Below, piece after piece: positions 20,083 to 33,222 of a stretch of DNA of 64,000 nt (positions within the stretch are counted from its first letter, which is position 1; every line of letters starts with the position of its first letter). The DNA lies in NCBI GenBank assembly GCA_016926255.1, contig JAFGOY010000010.1, positions 119,007 to 183,006 of the forward strand, given 5' to 3'. The notes under the pieces are model-generated. The model did no database searches. It was not told the origin of the DNA and was given only the letters and a program-made list of their open reading frames with translations. The position numbers and the translations under genes are program-made. The DNA is from Anaerolineae bacterium. GTDB taxonomy: Bacteria > Chloroflexota > Anaerolineae > Aggregatilineales > UBA3940.

Positions 20083-21249
20083 CTATAGGGCCGTCTCGGC
20101 CTGCAAATCGGATTCCGTGTCGTCGCAGGGTGGAGCGATATCGCCGAAATTCACCAGGTTGGTGATCTCGTTGATCCGCAAACCGGTCAGTCCCATTCGC
20201 TCCAGAGTCCTTCCCCGGTGGAAGTAATCGGTGCCGTGAACCGAACAGGCCATCTGGATCATCGAGTCGATGGCCCACACGTTCACCCCGAACCTGCGGC
20301 CCAGTTCGGCGATGGGCACCAGGCTGCACGGCACATCTTCCATGATATAACGGTGGCGCAGTGATCGGGGGGCCATGATCCCCTGGTAGCCGGGGTTGTC
20401 GTGCATGGCTTCATAGAGATTTTCACCTTTGGCCGAATAGGCGGTCGCCAGCCATTCCAGCGCCGTCTGGGCGCGGATGCCAAGCGAGGCGGCAACCGTC
20501 ACCCGTTCCCGGTCGATAACTTCCAGCATGCGGGCAGTTGAACGGGTAACACCCTCGACGTAAAACTGGAAGGCTCCCTGGGTGCTCTCGATCCATCCTG
20601 CGTTCAACATTGTGATCGCCGGGTGAAAAACCGCTCCCATGTTGTTCAGGCTGGTATGCAGCACGTTGTCCGCCGCGACAAACTGCGGGTAGACCTCGCT
20701 CAGAATGTCGAGAACTTCCGGTGTTCGGATCGCAGGCAGCGCAGCCAGGGGAACTGTGTTCTTGCGCCGGAAGATACGCGCTTCGGCGGGGCCATTGGCC
20801 CGACTGGCAAACAGCAGCGTCTCCGCTTCGGAAATAATGACGTCGGCGGTGCAGCCTTCGCTTTTAAGCACGCATCGAAATTCCAGTGCGCCGCCGGTGC
20901 GTCCGGGGTTCAGGACGATGATCTGCCCGTCCTGGAGATATGGTGCGACCTGCCGTGCAATATACTCGTGCGCCGATGCGGGTACCACGACCATGAGCAG
21001 CTGCACCCCGTCGATCACTTTCTCGATATCACTGCTGACGATCTGAAGAGGGCCAAAGACGCGCTGATCCTCCTTGATCTGTAGCTCGATACCGCCTCGT
21101 GTCTGGATCGCTTTGATATGTTCTGGCGTGCGGTTCCACAGATTGACGTAAAACCCCCGTGCGGCCAGGTCGGCGGCCATCGCGCGGCCCCCATGTCCGG
21201 CTCCCAGGATGGCAATTCGCAGTCCGGTGATCTCATTGTGCATTGGCAT
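20083..21249 (-). CDS. NAD(P)-dependent opine (octopine/nopaline) dehydrogenase family protein
   Basis: GAGHGG Rossmann fold, LNPGRTGG, NNMGAVFHP, FQFYVEG, HRYIMEDVP motifs. Confidence 0.88.
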   Translation of the reverse strand: MPMHNEITGLRIAILGAGHGGRAMAADLAARGFYVNLWNRTPEHIKAIQTRGGIELQIKEDQRVFGPLQIVSSDIEKVIDGVQLLMVVVPASAHEYIARQVAPYLQDGQIIVLNPGRTGGALEFRCVLKSEGCTADVIISEAETLLFASRANGPAEARIFRRKNTVPLAALPAIRTPEVLDILSEVYPQFVAADNVLHTSLNNMGAVFHPAITMLNAGWIESTQGAFQFYVEGVTRSTARMLEVIDRERVTVAASLGIRAQTALEWLATAYSAKGENLYEAMHDNPGYQGIMAPRSLRHRYIMEDVPCSLVPIAELGRRFGVNVWAIDSMIQMACSVHGTDYFHRGRTLERMGLTGLRINEITNLVNFGDIAPPCDDTESDLQAETAL

Positions 21250-21642
21250 TTCCTTTCATCGAGCGGTTAACGATCTGCCGCGAGTGATCCGCGATGATGG
21301 TAGATATAGGCAGTCCCAAAAGCAGTACCGGTGCAGAAGCTGGCAGCGTAGTTCATTTCCCGGCAGGTGATGCCGGGCTTGATTTATGTGCCTTTGAGAT
21401 GTCGCAGCCGGGATATTCTTACACGTTAAATCCCTGAGGTGGTTTGAGTGGATAAAAGTCACCGCTAGGGTGTTTAAGTCTGCATTTGGCTTCCCATATT
21501 ATACAACATCACGTGTATTCGTCGTAGTCGGCGGTGCGACAAAGTTCTTGTAGGGATCAGTTTAATTACAGTAATTGAGTGCCGGTGTGCCCTGTTCCGC
21601 CGGTACGGTATAATCGCGGGCCAGAACAACATTGGAGCGTAG

Positions 21643-23352
21643 ATGGTGTCAGACTACTTCACCAGATTCGAACGACGTAAACGCCTCCGCAGCATATTTG
21701 CAGGGATCAGTGTAGGCCTCGTCCTGATCGCCGGGAGCATATTCATCCGGCAGCAGTTCGGCCAGCCGATCACTGTGAGTGAGGCCACACCCAATCCCAC
21801 AACCCCGGCCCCCACCCGGGAGCCGACCGATTCGCCGATGCCGGAGCCGAGTGATACGCCCATCCCGCCCACCGAAACCGAGACCCCCGAACCAACCGCG
21901 ACGCTCGAATCCGGTGTCACCGTTGAGGGGACTCCTACCCGGACGCCCTGGCCGACTGTCGCCTGGACACCTGACCCGGATTTGCTGCCAACCGCCATCC
22001 CCACCCTGAAGATTTATAACACGGGCGAATTTGCCCCGCCGGATCGTGTTCCCCCGACCGCCATTCCCGAACCCGCCGCCGAAGTCCCCGTCCCCGCAGG
22101 GGTGATCAATGTCCTGCTGCTGGGCAGCGACCACCGTATCGGCACCATCGGCAACACGGATGTCATGATCATCGTCTCGATTGATATGCAGGAGGGCACG
22201 GTCAACATGCTCTCTCTGCCCCGCGACATGCTGGTCTATATCCCCGGCTACACGATGGCAAAGCTCAACCAGGCTTACGCACACGGGGAACAGGTCGGCT
22301 GGTCGAATGGCGGTTTCGGGTTGATGCAGGAGACACTGCTTTACAACTTCGGGATTTATGTGGGGCATTACGCCCTGATCGATCTGAACGGCTTTCAGGA
22401 TGCCGTCGACGTGCTGGGCACCATCGAAGTGGCGGTCGATTGCAAGATGCAGGGCTATGTGCTTAAAGAACCGCGTCTCCGTCAGGATGATTTCGAAACC
22501 TACGATGAGTGGGTCGATTACACGGATCCTGAATCGGGCAACTGGGAATGGTTCACCCTGCCGGTCGGCGTCCACGAGATGGATGGCTATACCGCCCTGT
22601 GGTACGCACGCTATCGCTCCGGCACCAGCGATTTCGACCGGGCCTACCGCCAGCATCAGGTACTCCGTGCCATCGTCGATCAGGCCCGTGACGACGGGCT
22701 GCTCAACCTTGCCCGCATTCCCCAACTATGGGGCGAGTACAACTCGCTGGTCAAGACGAGCATGGACGTCGGCAACCTGATCCAGTTTGCCCCCATCGCC
22801 GCCGACCTGGACGAGATCGGGGTGCGCAGCTTCGTCCTCACCTCCGACTACCTGACCGGGTGGGACGATCCTCAAACGGAGCAAAACGACTACTATCTCG
22901 TCCCCGATCCTGAAGCGATCCGAGCCTTGATGTTCGAGGCGATGCAGCCCCCGGCCAGGAACTACATCACCGCTAACACGATCACCGTCGAGGTGCGCAA
23001 TGGCACGGCCACCGAGCGCCTGGACGAGGTTGCTGCGAGCAGGCTGCTGTGGTACGGCGTGCGTGCGACCGCAACCGGGACAGCCGATACGACGCTCTAC
23101 GAAAAGACAACGATCTATGACCTGACCGGCAACCCGCGCAACAGCCAGTTACGCATCATGCAGACCGCGCTGCGCGTTGACAGCGATCACGTGATCATTC
23201 AGCCTGACCCGAACCGGACTTACGACTACATTGTGATCCTGGGGCAGGACTACAGGAGCTGTGAGCGCAACCCCCAGGTGGTCAGCACGGCGACGGTCAT
23301 GCCCGAACCGGCTGTCGAACCGACTGCCGAACCGGAAAGCCCGGCGGAATGA
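21643..23352 (+). CDS. LCP (LytR-CpsA-Psr) family protein with LytR_C domain
   Basis: NVLLLGSD, NTDVMI, SLPRDM, KLNQAY, ALWYARYR, DFDRAYRQ, C-terminal VEVRNGT. TATAAT at 21608-21613. Confidence 0.92.
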   Translation: MVSDYFTRFERRKRLRSIFAGISVGLVLIAGSIFIRQQFGQPITVSEATPNPTTPAPTREPTDSPMPEPSDTPIPPTETETPEPTATLESGVTVEGTPTRTPWPTVAWTPDPDLLPTAIPTLKIYNTGEFAPPDRVPPTAIPEPAAEVPVPAGVINVLLLGSDHRIGTIGNTDVMIIVSIDMQEGTVNMLSLPRDMLVYIPGYTMAKLNQAYAHGEQVGWSNGGFGLMQETLLYNFGIYVGHYALIDLNGFQDAVDVLGTIEVAVDCKMQGYVLKEPRLRQDDFETYDEWVDYTDPESGNWEWFTLPVGVHEMDGYTALWYARYRSGTSDFDRAYRQHQVLRAIVDQARDDGLLNLARIPQLWGEYNSLVKTSMDVGNLIQFAPIAADLDEIGVRSFVLTSDYLTGWDDPQTEQNDYYLVPDPEAIRALMFEAMQPPARNYITANTITVEVRNGTATERLDEVAASRLLWYGVRATATGTADTTLYEKTTIYDLTGNPRNSQLRIMQTALRVDSDHVIIQPDPNRTYDYIVILGQDYRSCERNPQVVSTATVMPEPAVEPTAEPESPAE

Positions 23353-23409
23353 TCCACGTGCGAAACTGGCTGATTGTCAGTCGCCCGTGCCTTTGATACA
23401 ATCCCTCGC

Positions 23410-23964
23410 ATGGACGACGTTGATCCCATAACGCTGACGATCCGGTCGGCTACGCCCAGCGATTACGAAATCTGTCTGGAACTCGACCATACCGTCAGCA
23501 CCGAATATGTCTGGCAAATGATGCTGGACGAGAACGAAGGTGAATTTACGGTCACCTTCCGGGCGGCCCGCCTGCCGCGTTCGATGAAAGTGCTCTACCC
23601 TCGCCAGGGAGAAACCTTGATCGAATCGTGGCGGCAGCACGCCGCGTTTCTGGTTGCCGAATCCGAGGGGCTGATCGTTGGGTATGCCAACGTTCGGGAA
23701 GAGCCTTCGCAGCAAATGGCCTGGATCGCCGATATGGCGGTCGATGGCTCGCAGCGGCTGCAAGGCGTCGGAAGCGCGTTGCTAAAAGCGGCGCGGGGCT
23801 GGGCTATCGAACATAACCTGAGGGGGATCATCGCCGAAGCGCAAACCAAAAACTACCCGGCGATCCGTTTCTTACAGCGGCGGGGGATGGTTTTCTGTGG
23901 TTTTAACGATCACTACTACCCCAGCCAGGATATCGCCGTCTTTTTTGGGCAGATACTACGCTAA
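23410..23964 (+). CDS. GNAT N-acetyltransferase
   Basis: IADMAVD..QRLQGVGSALL acetyl-CoA motif, EAQTKNYPAI. TG-n-TACAAT lies 7 nt before ATG 23410. Confidence 0.88.
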   Translation: MDDVDPITLTIRSATPSDYEICLELDHTVSTEYVWQMMLDENEGEFTVTFRAARLPRSMKVLYPRQGETLIESWRQHAAFLVAESEGLIVGYANVREEPSQQMAWIADMAVDGSQRLQGVGSALLKAARGWAIEHNLRGIIAEAQTKNYPAIRFLQRRGMVFCGFNDHYYPSQDIAVFFGQILR

Positions 23965-24064
23965 CAGCCTGTCCGTAGAGTCTCCCCGTGAGCCTCGGAT
24001 GGAAAAACCAAAATACAATTGCACCAGTTATTATGAATAGATACACCGTTCAACCTGATTACCT

Positions 24065-26041
24065 ATGTTAAGAAATTTACTTATTTCCGCCGGACCTTTA
24101 ATCAATCAAAGCCTGAGCGCTGCCATCGCGACGATTGCGGGTTCTTTCTTCCTGTACAGCCTTGTGAAAGGCATCGGGAGCCGGGTCGCCAGGGTCTACA
24201 GTCTGCTGCTGTTATTTGTGTTGATCACCTATATCAGTGACCTGGGTGTCGGGATCAGCGAATCCGACGTAACGACCGGGGCCTGGCTGCGCTTCCAATG
24301 GCTGGGGATCGCTTTCGTCCCGGCGACGTATGTCAACCTGGGCCATGTGATCCTCTCGATGACGGGTTTGCATTCGCGTGGCCGCCGCCGCTGGACGGTT
24401 CGCGCTCTTTACCTGTTAGCCGGGGCCTTTTTGCTGCTGGTTGTCTTTTCAGACCTGCTGGTCACCGACCTGGTTTATGACCCGGCCCCGCATTTCGTTC
24501 CCGGCCCGCTGTTCCCGGTCTTCGTCGCCTATTTCATCGGTTCGGTCGTTTTGAGTTTCTGGTTTTTGCTACGCGCCCGGAAGCGAACGCTCACCAAAGC
24601 CACCCACCGCCGGTTGACCTATCTGCTATCGCAGTATCTTGCCCCGGCGCTGGCCGTGTTCCCGTTTCTGCTGATCTCAGGCCAGACGCTGGCGCGGCCC
24701 GTGATCTTCTACGGGGTGCTGATCCTGGTCGACGCGGCGCTGGCAATTATGTTCCTGCTTATGTCCTATGCGATGGCCTTCGTGGGGTCGGTGATGCCCG
24801 ACCGGATGATCAAGGCCCAGCTTCTCCAGTTTCTCCTGCGTGGACCGGTCGTTGCCATCGTTGTCCTGGGGATGATCCTGTGGATTCCGAGCGCGGGGGC
24901 AGTTCTCGGCTTGCCCGGTCGGGAAGCGATGCCCCTGCTGGTCGTGGCGACCATTCTATTGTTGCAGTGGTTCATCACCATTATACGCCCGATGCTTGAA
25001 CGCCGTCTGATCTATGTCGGCGATCAGGCTGAGATTCGCCGCATCCAGGAGCTTGAAGAACGGCTCCTGACCGGCGCTGACTTCCAGCAGATGCTCGATA
25101 CGATCCTGATGGCCGTCTGCGATTACGTCCGTGTTGAAACCGCCTTCGTCGCCTCGGTGACTGCCGGAAATGGCCCCCGCCTGGAGCGCGCTATCGGCCT
25201 GCCTCACCCGATGGAGGCTGAAATCGAGTCGGCCCTCGATCTTTCCGAAAGCGCCCAGAACGGCGATCTCCCCCAACCGGACGAGATCACGGTCAACGGC
25301 GACGTTTTCAAGTGGCACGATTACTGGCTGATCCCGCTCCACGTGCAGGGAGAAGAAGAGCCAAAGCCCCGGCTGATCGGCCTGCTGGGAGTGTCGGCAC
25401 CTGAGCCGCAGGAAAGCAACCTGGACGACGAGCAGTGGGCAATGCTGATGGCCTTAGCCAGCCGTGCCGCCGAAGTGCTGGAAGACCGTCGCATCCAGGC
25501 CCAGGTTTTCGCCTCGCTGGAAGGTCTGCTGCCCGAACTGACCACCATCGAAACCCTGCGTGAAGCAACCCGTCATGGTGGTTTCGAAGCGCTGGCAATG
25601 TCGAACGAAGAACTGCTTTCCGACCCTGACTTCTCGCAGAAGATCAAGGATGCGCTCTCGCATTACTGGGGCGGCCCGCAGCTCACCGATTCGACTTTGC
25701 TGAGGCTGGCGGTCGTCCGGCAGGCGCTCGACGACAACGACGGCAACCCACAGCGAGCAATGCGGGCGGTGCTGCAAAAGGCGATAGAAAGCCTGCGCCC
25801 GGAAGGTCAGCGCAGCATGACCACCGCCGAGTGGATTCTCTACAATATTCTGGAGATGCGGTTCATTCAGGGGCGAAAAGTGCGAGATGTTGCTCTTAGG
25901 CTGGCGATGAGCGAATCAGACCTGTACCGCAAGCAGCGCGTGGCAATCGAGGCAGTCGCAGCGATCATCGCCGACATGGAACGCGCGGCGGTCAATGGCG
26001 AAGAAAATAACGGGATATTAAAGCCGGAATATCCTGGCTGA
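24065..26041 (+). CDS. Membrane-bound putative one-component regulator: HisKA_7TM-like sensor, GAF-like region and C-terminal HTH
   Basis: N-terminal multi-TM region with WLRFQWLGIAFVP motif. C-terminal ILEMRFIQGRKVRDVALRLAMSESDLYRKQR resembles a sigma-region-4-type HTH. No H-box or HATPase motifs. Confidence 0.65.
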   Translation: MLRNLLISAGPLINQSLSAAIATIAGSFFLYSLVKGIGSRVARVYSLLLLFVLITYISDLGVGISESDVTTGAWLRFQWLGIAFVPATYVNLGHVILSMTGLHSRGRRRWTVRALYLLAGAFLLLVVFSDLLVTDLVYDPAPHFVPGPLFPVFVAYFIGSVVLSFWFLLRARKRTLTKATHRRLTYLLSQYLAPALAVFPFLLISGQTLARPVIFYGVLILVDAALAIMFLLMSYAMAFVGSVMPDRMIKAQLLQFLLRGPVVAIVVLGMILWIPSAGAVLGLPGREAMPLLVVATILLLQWFITIIRPMLERRLIYVGDQAEIRRIQELEERLLTGADFQQMLDTILMAVCDYVRVETAFVASVTAGNGPRLERAIGLPHPMEAEIESALDLSESAQNGDLPQPDEITVNGDVFKWHDYWLIPLHVQGEEEPKPRLIGLLGVSAPEPQESNLDDEQWAMLMALASRAAEVLEDRRIQAQVFASLEGLLPELTTIETLREATRHGGFEALAMSNEELLSDPDFSQKIKDALSHYWGGPQLTDSTLLRLAVVRQALDDNDGNPQRAMRAVLQKAIESLRPEGQRSMTTAEWILYNILEMRFIQGRKVRDVALRLAMSESDLYRKQRVAIEAVAAIIADMERAAVNGEENNGILKPEYPG

Positions 26042-26047
26042 ATGTCG

Positions 26048-28144
26048 TTACATCCGGTAGGAAAGGCTGCGATTGCGCCTGCGGCGGCGAATGGCGGCGA
26101 TAATGGCCACCGGCACGGCCACCACTGCCAGGCAAGTCCCTGCGACACATATCACAAACGAGGTTTTCGTTAGCGTGCTGATCTGCCCGATTGGAGCCAT
26201 TTCGGTAGATGGCGTTGCGGCTGTATTGTCAACCGGCGGCTTTTCAGCCGGTTCGTCCACCTGTGGTTGGCCTGTTGGCCCTTCAACCGTTGCTGCGGAT
26301 GCGCTCCCTTCCTTCGAAACCCGAACCAACTCCTCTACAACGGCGATCACCACCGCCTGGCTATGATCACTATCGACGACGATGAACAGGTCGTCGAGGA
26401 TCAATGTGGCGCTTACCCAGACTCCGGACGAATCGCTGAGGTCTTCGACCAACACGAGCACGTCGGCGACCGGGCGAATCTCGCCGGGTGACTCGTACTC
26501 GATATCGTCCATCCACTGCTGAAGAGTCACATAGGGGCTGGCGCTCTCGGCGACACTGAGCCAGTTCCCTTTGTTGTCGAGATAGTCAAAGTTGGCAGTA
26601 TCGCCCCCGTTCGGAACATAGTAGATGGCATTGTCGCCAAACTCCGAGGCAGTCATGATATAGGCGTAGTCGAATGCATAGCCTACCGGAAGCTGTTCCG
26701 GGATGATCATTTCGAAAGGCACGTCGAGTTCGGTGGGCGACAGGACATGATCGCTCTCACTGACGAAAGGCTGATCGGATGGGTGGAGGCTGTCGGCGAG
26801 GCCGCCGGTGGACGAAACCGGTGCATCGGACGGCGAAACGAAATATTCAGCTATCCAGGCAACACTGGCCGGGGTCGGGCTTTCGCCTGTCGGCTCGGCG
26901 GAGATCGAATAATCAGCGAAATAACATGCCCCGGTATTCGCCGCGCGTTCGTCGTTGTGGACGATGAGATAGGTTTCGTCGTAAACGTATGGATCGATCA
27001 CCAGGTGCCCGTTGGTCATCTCGACCATGATGGCTTCGCTTCCGCGAACGCCCACCACGCGTATGGTCATCGGGACTTCGGCGGAATCCAGTGAAATCGA
27101 CAGCGCCCCGCTGCCTGACAATCGAATATAGTCCGCGCCCAGGCTTTGCACGCCGTTTTCGGGTGTGTATCTTCCGTTTTCGAGCGTCCCTTCGATCAGG
27201 ACGGTCGGATATAGATATCCCTCCTCATAAGCCCGGAGCAGGTTGGCAACGGCGTAATCATGGATTTCCGCTTCGAGTGAACTGCCGTAGGGCGACAGAG
27301 CCGCATCGAGCGCTTCGAAGCCACTCATCTTGCGCATGTTTTCCCAGACTACCCGAACGATATCGGTTCCATAGCGCTCGGAGATCAGCCGCAGCAGCAG
27401 CCATTCGCCGTACCAGTGCAGATCGTCGCCGCGTGCGTATTCGGCAACAAGGCATACATCGGGGGATTTGAAAACGCTGTCGAGATAATAGACCCCGTCA
27501 TTGACGTCGGGGTAAACCACGTCTTCCATCCAGGTGGCGGTCGCCTCGTAGAGCCAGTAATGCAGGTCATTGTCGTCGATTCCGGCCTGGATCAGGTGGT
27601 TGAACTCATGGGCGACGGTCGCCTGCATCAGTTCCGTAGGCGTTTCGTCCCAATCGTCTTCGACTTCATAGTAATCGTTGTCCAGGCCCATATAGCCGTA
27701 GGCTGCATGGCGTTCCTGCTCTTCCGAATTGGGGTTATCGCCCAGGAACCCGCTGTAAGTATCGGAATACCCGGCATAGCCATCGAGCAATAATTCTTCG
27801 AGATAAACATCGATCCGCTCGTCGCCCCCTTCGCCCCGATCATTGGCGGGAGCGGGCCAGCCCATTTGGTCGACCTCGACCAGCCAGACGTATTCCAGCG
27901 TCTCGCCGATCAATTCAACGTAATCCGGCGCACCTGAACTGTCACCGTCAGCCGGGTCGACCGCCTGGCGGCCTTCCAGCGTGTAGTGGATCAGGAAATG
28001 GGTGGTTCCATAAGTCTGCGGGTTGGGTAAATTCGGGCGATCATCCTGCTCAAGGGGGTGGGCAGAGACTGGAGCGACTCCAAATGTAATAAAGAGGGCC
28101 AGAGCAGCCAGCATACCAGCAATCAACCAGGTTCGACGGGGCAT
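26048..28144 (-). CDS. Secreted, membrane-anchored zinc metalloprotease (MXAN_6640-like)
   Basis: Signal peptide from ATG 28144 (MPRRTWLIAG...VSA), HFLIHYT, AHEFNH (HExxH), WLYEATATWME, C-terminal TM plus RRRR. Confidence 0.8.
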   Translation of the reverse strand: MPRRTWLIAGMLAALALFITFGVAPVSAHPLEQDDRPNLPNPQTYGTTHFLIHYTLEGRQAVDPADGDSSGAPDYVELIGETLEYVWLVEVDQMGWPAPANDRGEGGDERIDVYLEELLLDGYAGYSDTYSGFLGDNPNSEEQERHAAYGYMGLDNDYYEVEDDWDETPTELMQATVAHEFNHLIQAGIDDNDLHYWLYEATATWMEDVVYPDVNDGVYYLDSVFKSPDVCLVAEYARGDDLHWYGEWLLLRLISERYGTDIVRVVWENMRKMSGFEALDAALSPYGSSLEAEIHDYAVANLLRAYEEGYLYPTVLIEGTLENGRYTPENGVQSLGADYIRLSGSGALSISLDSAEVPMTIRVVGVRGSEAIMVEMTNGHLVIDPYVYDETYLIVHNDERAANTGACYFADYSISAEPTGESPTPASVAWIAEYFVSPSDAPVSSTGGLADSLHPSDQPFVSESDHVLSPTELDVPFEMIIPEQLPVGYAFDYAYIMTASEFGDNAIYYVPNGGDTANFDYLDNKGNWLSVAESASPYVTLQQWMDDIEYESPGEIRPVADVLVLVEDLSDSSGVWVSATLILDDLFIVVDSDHSQAVVIAVVEELVRVSKEGSASAATVEGPTGQPQVDEPAEKPPVDNTAATPSTEMAPIGQISTLTKTSFVICVAGTCLAVVAVPVAIIAAIRRRRRNRSLSYRM

Positions 28145-28475
28145 TATTCCAGGATACTCCAATAACACGGTAAGTGTGTCCAATTGAATCAAGTTTAACG
28201 GCTGAAAACAACCAGCACAACCGCTGATCGGGGGTTGTAAGTTTTTGGTTAGCTGTCCTTCTCTACTATCAAACTGCAAAGAACGCAGAGAACGCGAAGT
28301 GAAAATAGAATCAGGGGGCAAAAGCAAAAATTTGACCCGGTGCTTCCGCGCCGGGAATCCTTTTCCCTTCCTCCACCCCTTTCGCCACACGATTTTTTGC
28401 CGCCCCCGCCGCAACTACTATAATACCTTGATCGTTATCATCCAATGATGTGTTTGGCCCAAAACAGGAGCTTCG

Positions 28476-29642
28476 ATGAGCAAACGCGGGAGTCCGGCGC
28501 GGCTGGCGCTGGAAGATGGCAGCGTGTGGCCCGGAACCGCCTTCGGCGCGGAGGGAACGCGGGTCGGTGAGGTGGTATTCAACACCAGCCTGACCGGCTA
28601 CCAGGAAATTCTGACCGATCCCAGCTACGCGGGGCAGATCGTGGTGATGACCGCACCGCAGATCGGCAATACCGGGATCAACGAGGAAGACCACGAGTCG
28701 CGGCAGGCGTTTTTGAACGGCTTCGTGATCCGCGAACTCAGCCCGCGCGTCTCCAACTGGCGGGCGACCTCTACCCTTTCAGACTGGCTGAACGAACAGG
28801 GGATCACCGGAATCACCGGGATCGATACGCGGGCGCTGACGCGCCGCATCCGCGAATCGGGCAGCCTGCGCGGGGTGCTCACCACCGACGCGGAGCGCGG
28901 CGACGGCGACCTGATCGAGCAGGCACGTGCCTGGGCTGGATTGGACGGCGTCGACATGGTACAGGAAGTCACCTGTTCCGATCCGTATCACTGGGAAGAA
29001 CCCACCGATAATGAATGGGAATTCCGACAGTATATGGAGATTGAACGAATTGAGACTCCGGCAGACGGCCTGCACGTGGTCGCCTATGACTTCGGGATCA
29101 AACACAACATCCTGCGGCGGCTGACGAGCTACGGCTGCCGGGTGACGGTCGTCCCGGCGAAGACCCCCGTTGAGGATGTGCTGGCGCTGCACCCGGACGG
29201 CATCTTCCTGAGCAATGGCCCCGGCGACCCGGCGGCGATCACCTACGGGGTCGACGCTGCCCGCAAGTTGATCGACAGGGTGCCGGTCTTCGGCATCTGT
29301 CTGGGGCACCAGATATTAGGGCAGGCGTTCGGGGGAAAAACGTACCGGCTGAAATTCGGACATCACGGGGGAAATCAGCCGGTCAAACATTTACCGACCG
29401 GGCGGGTGGAGATCAGCGCCCACAATCACAACTTCGCGGTCGATCCCGAATCGCTGCCGCCGGAGGTCGAAGTCACCCACATCAATCTCAACGACAACTG
29501 CTGCGAGGGGATGCGGCACAAAGAGCTGCCTGTCCTGAGCATCCAGTATCACCCGGAGGCGGCCCCCGGCCCACACGACGCCGACCCGCTGTTCGTAGAG
29601 TTTGTTCAGAATATGATCACCCACCGGGGAAAGACAGAGTAG
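28476..29642 (+). CDS. carA: Carbamoyl-phosphate synthase small subunit
   Basis: [32 protein letters not shown]. Confidence 0.98.
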   Translation: MSKRGSPARLALEDGSVWPGTAFGAEGTRVGEVVFNTSLTGYQEILTDPSYAGQIVVMTAPQIGNTGINEEDHESRQAFLNGFVIRELSPRVSNWRATSTLSDWLNEQGITGITGIDTRALTRRIRESGSLRGVLTTDAERGDGDLIEQARAWAGLDGVDMVQEVTCSDPYHWEEPTDNEWEFRQYMEIERIETPADGLHVVAYDFGIKHNILRRLTSYGCRVTVVPAKTPVEDVLALHPDGIFLSNGPGDPAAITYGVDAARKLIDRVPVFGICLGHQILGQAFGGKTYRLKFGHHGGNQPVKHLPTGRVEISAHNHNFAVDPESLPPEVEVTHINLNDNCCEGMRHKELPVLSIQYHPEAAPGPHDADPLFVEFVQNMITHRGKTE

Positions 29643-29698
29643 CAGTCAGTCCCCGGTATTTTTGTCAGGCGGCAGAACTGGCCGAACGGAAAGAAAAC

Positions 29699-32968
<3,270 letters not shown>

Positions 32969-32988
32969 CATCGCCCCCCGGCGCAAAT

Positions 32989-33016
32989 TTGACAGCATCC
33001 GACAGGACGTTATACT
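32989..33016 (+). promoter_or_regulatory. Sigma70 promoter of the his operon
   Basis: TTGACA (32989-32994), 16-nt spacer, TATACT (33011-33016). Confidence 0.8.
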
Positions 33017-33025
33017 TAGGGCACT

Positions 33026-33100
33026 ATGAGTAAAATGACTGTTCACGCTCACCATCAGCACCATCATCATAAGACCAGCATCGAAGAGACCCGGTGGTGA
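33026..33100 (+). CDS. hisL: his operon attenuator leader peptide MSKMTVHAHHQHHHHKTSIEETRW
   Basis: 7 His codons within 9 codons, TGA at 33098-33100. Sits between the promoter and terminator upstream of hisG. The start could be ATG 33035. Confidence 0.9.
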   Translation: MSKMTVHAHHQHHHHKTSIEETRW

Positions 33101-33165
33101 TTTTGCTGCGTGCGTTCGAACAATCATAAGGAAGCCAGCAGCTTCCAGTGTGAGCAGGCAAAACC

Positions 33166-33195
33166 AAAGCCCCCCGAGGTCCGGGGGGCTTTTTT
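33166..33195 (+). terminator. Attenuator terminator of the his operon
   Basis: AAAGCCCCCCG-AGGTC-CGGGGGGCTTT followed by TTT, about 27 nt before the hisG ATG. Confidence 0.92.
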
Positions 33196-33222
33196 AGTGG
33201 CCTGAAAAAAGGAAAACGTCAA

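Noticed and set aside
20083-21249. Staphylopine/pseudopaline-type metallophore cluster
   Set aside because: No nicotianamine-synthase-like, racemase, exporter or nickel ABC genes are adjacent.
21256-21462. 68-aa ORF upstream of the opine dehydrogenase
   Set aside because: GTG start without a clear SD, no motif or codon bias. Treated as leader sequence.
28145-28475. PyrR attenuator or ARG box upstream of carA
   Set aside because: No PyrR-binding loop, terminator or clear ARG palindrome. Only TATAAT (28418-23) and a short AGAACGC tandem.
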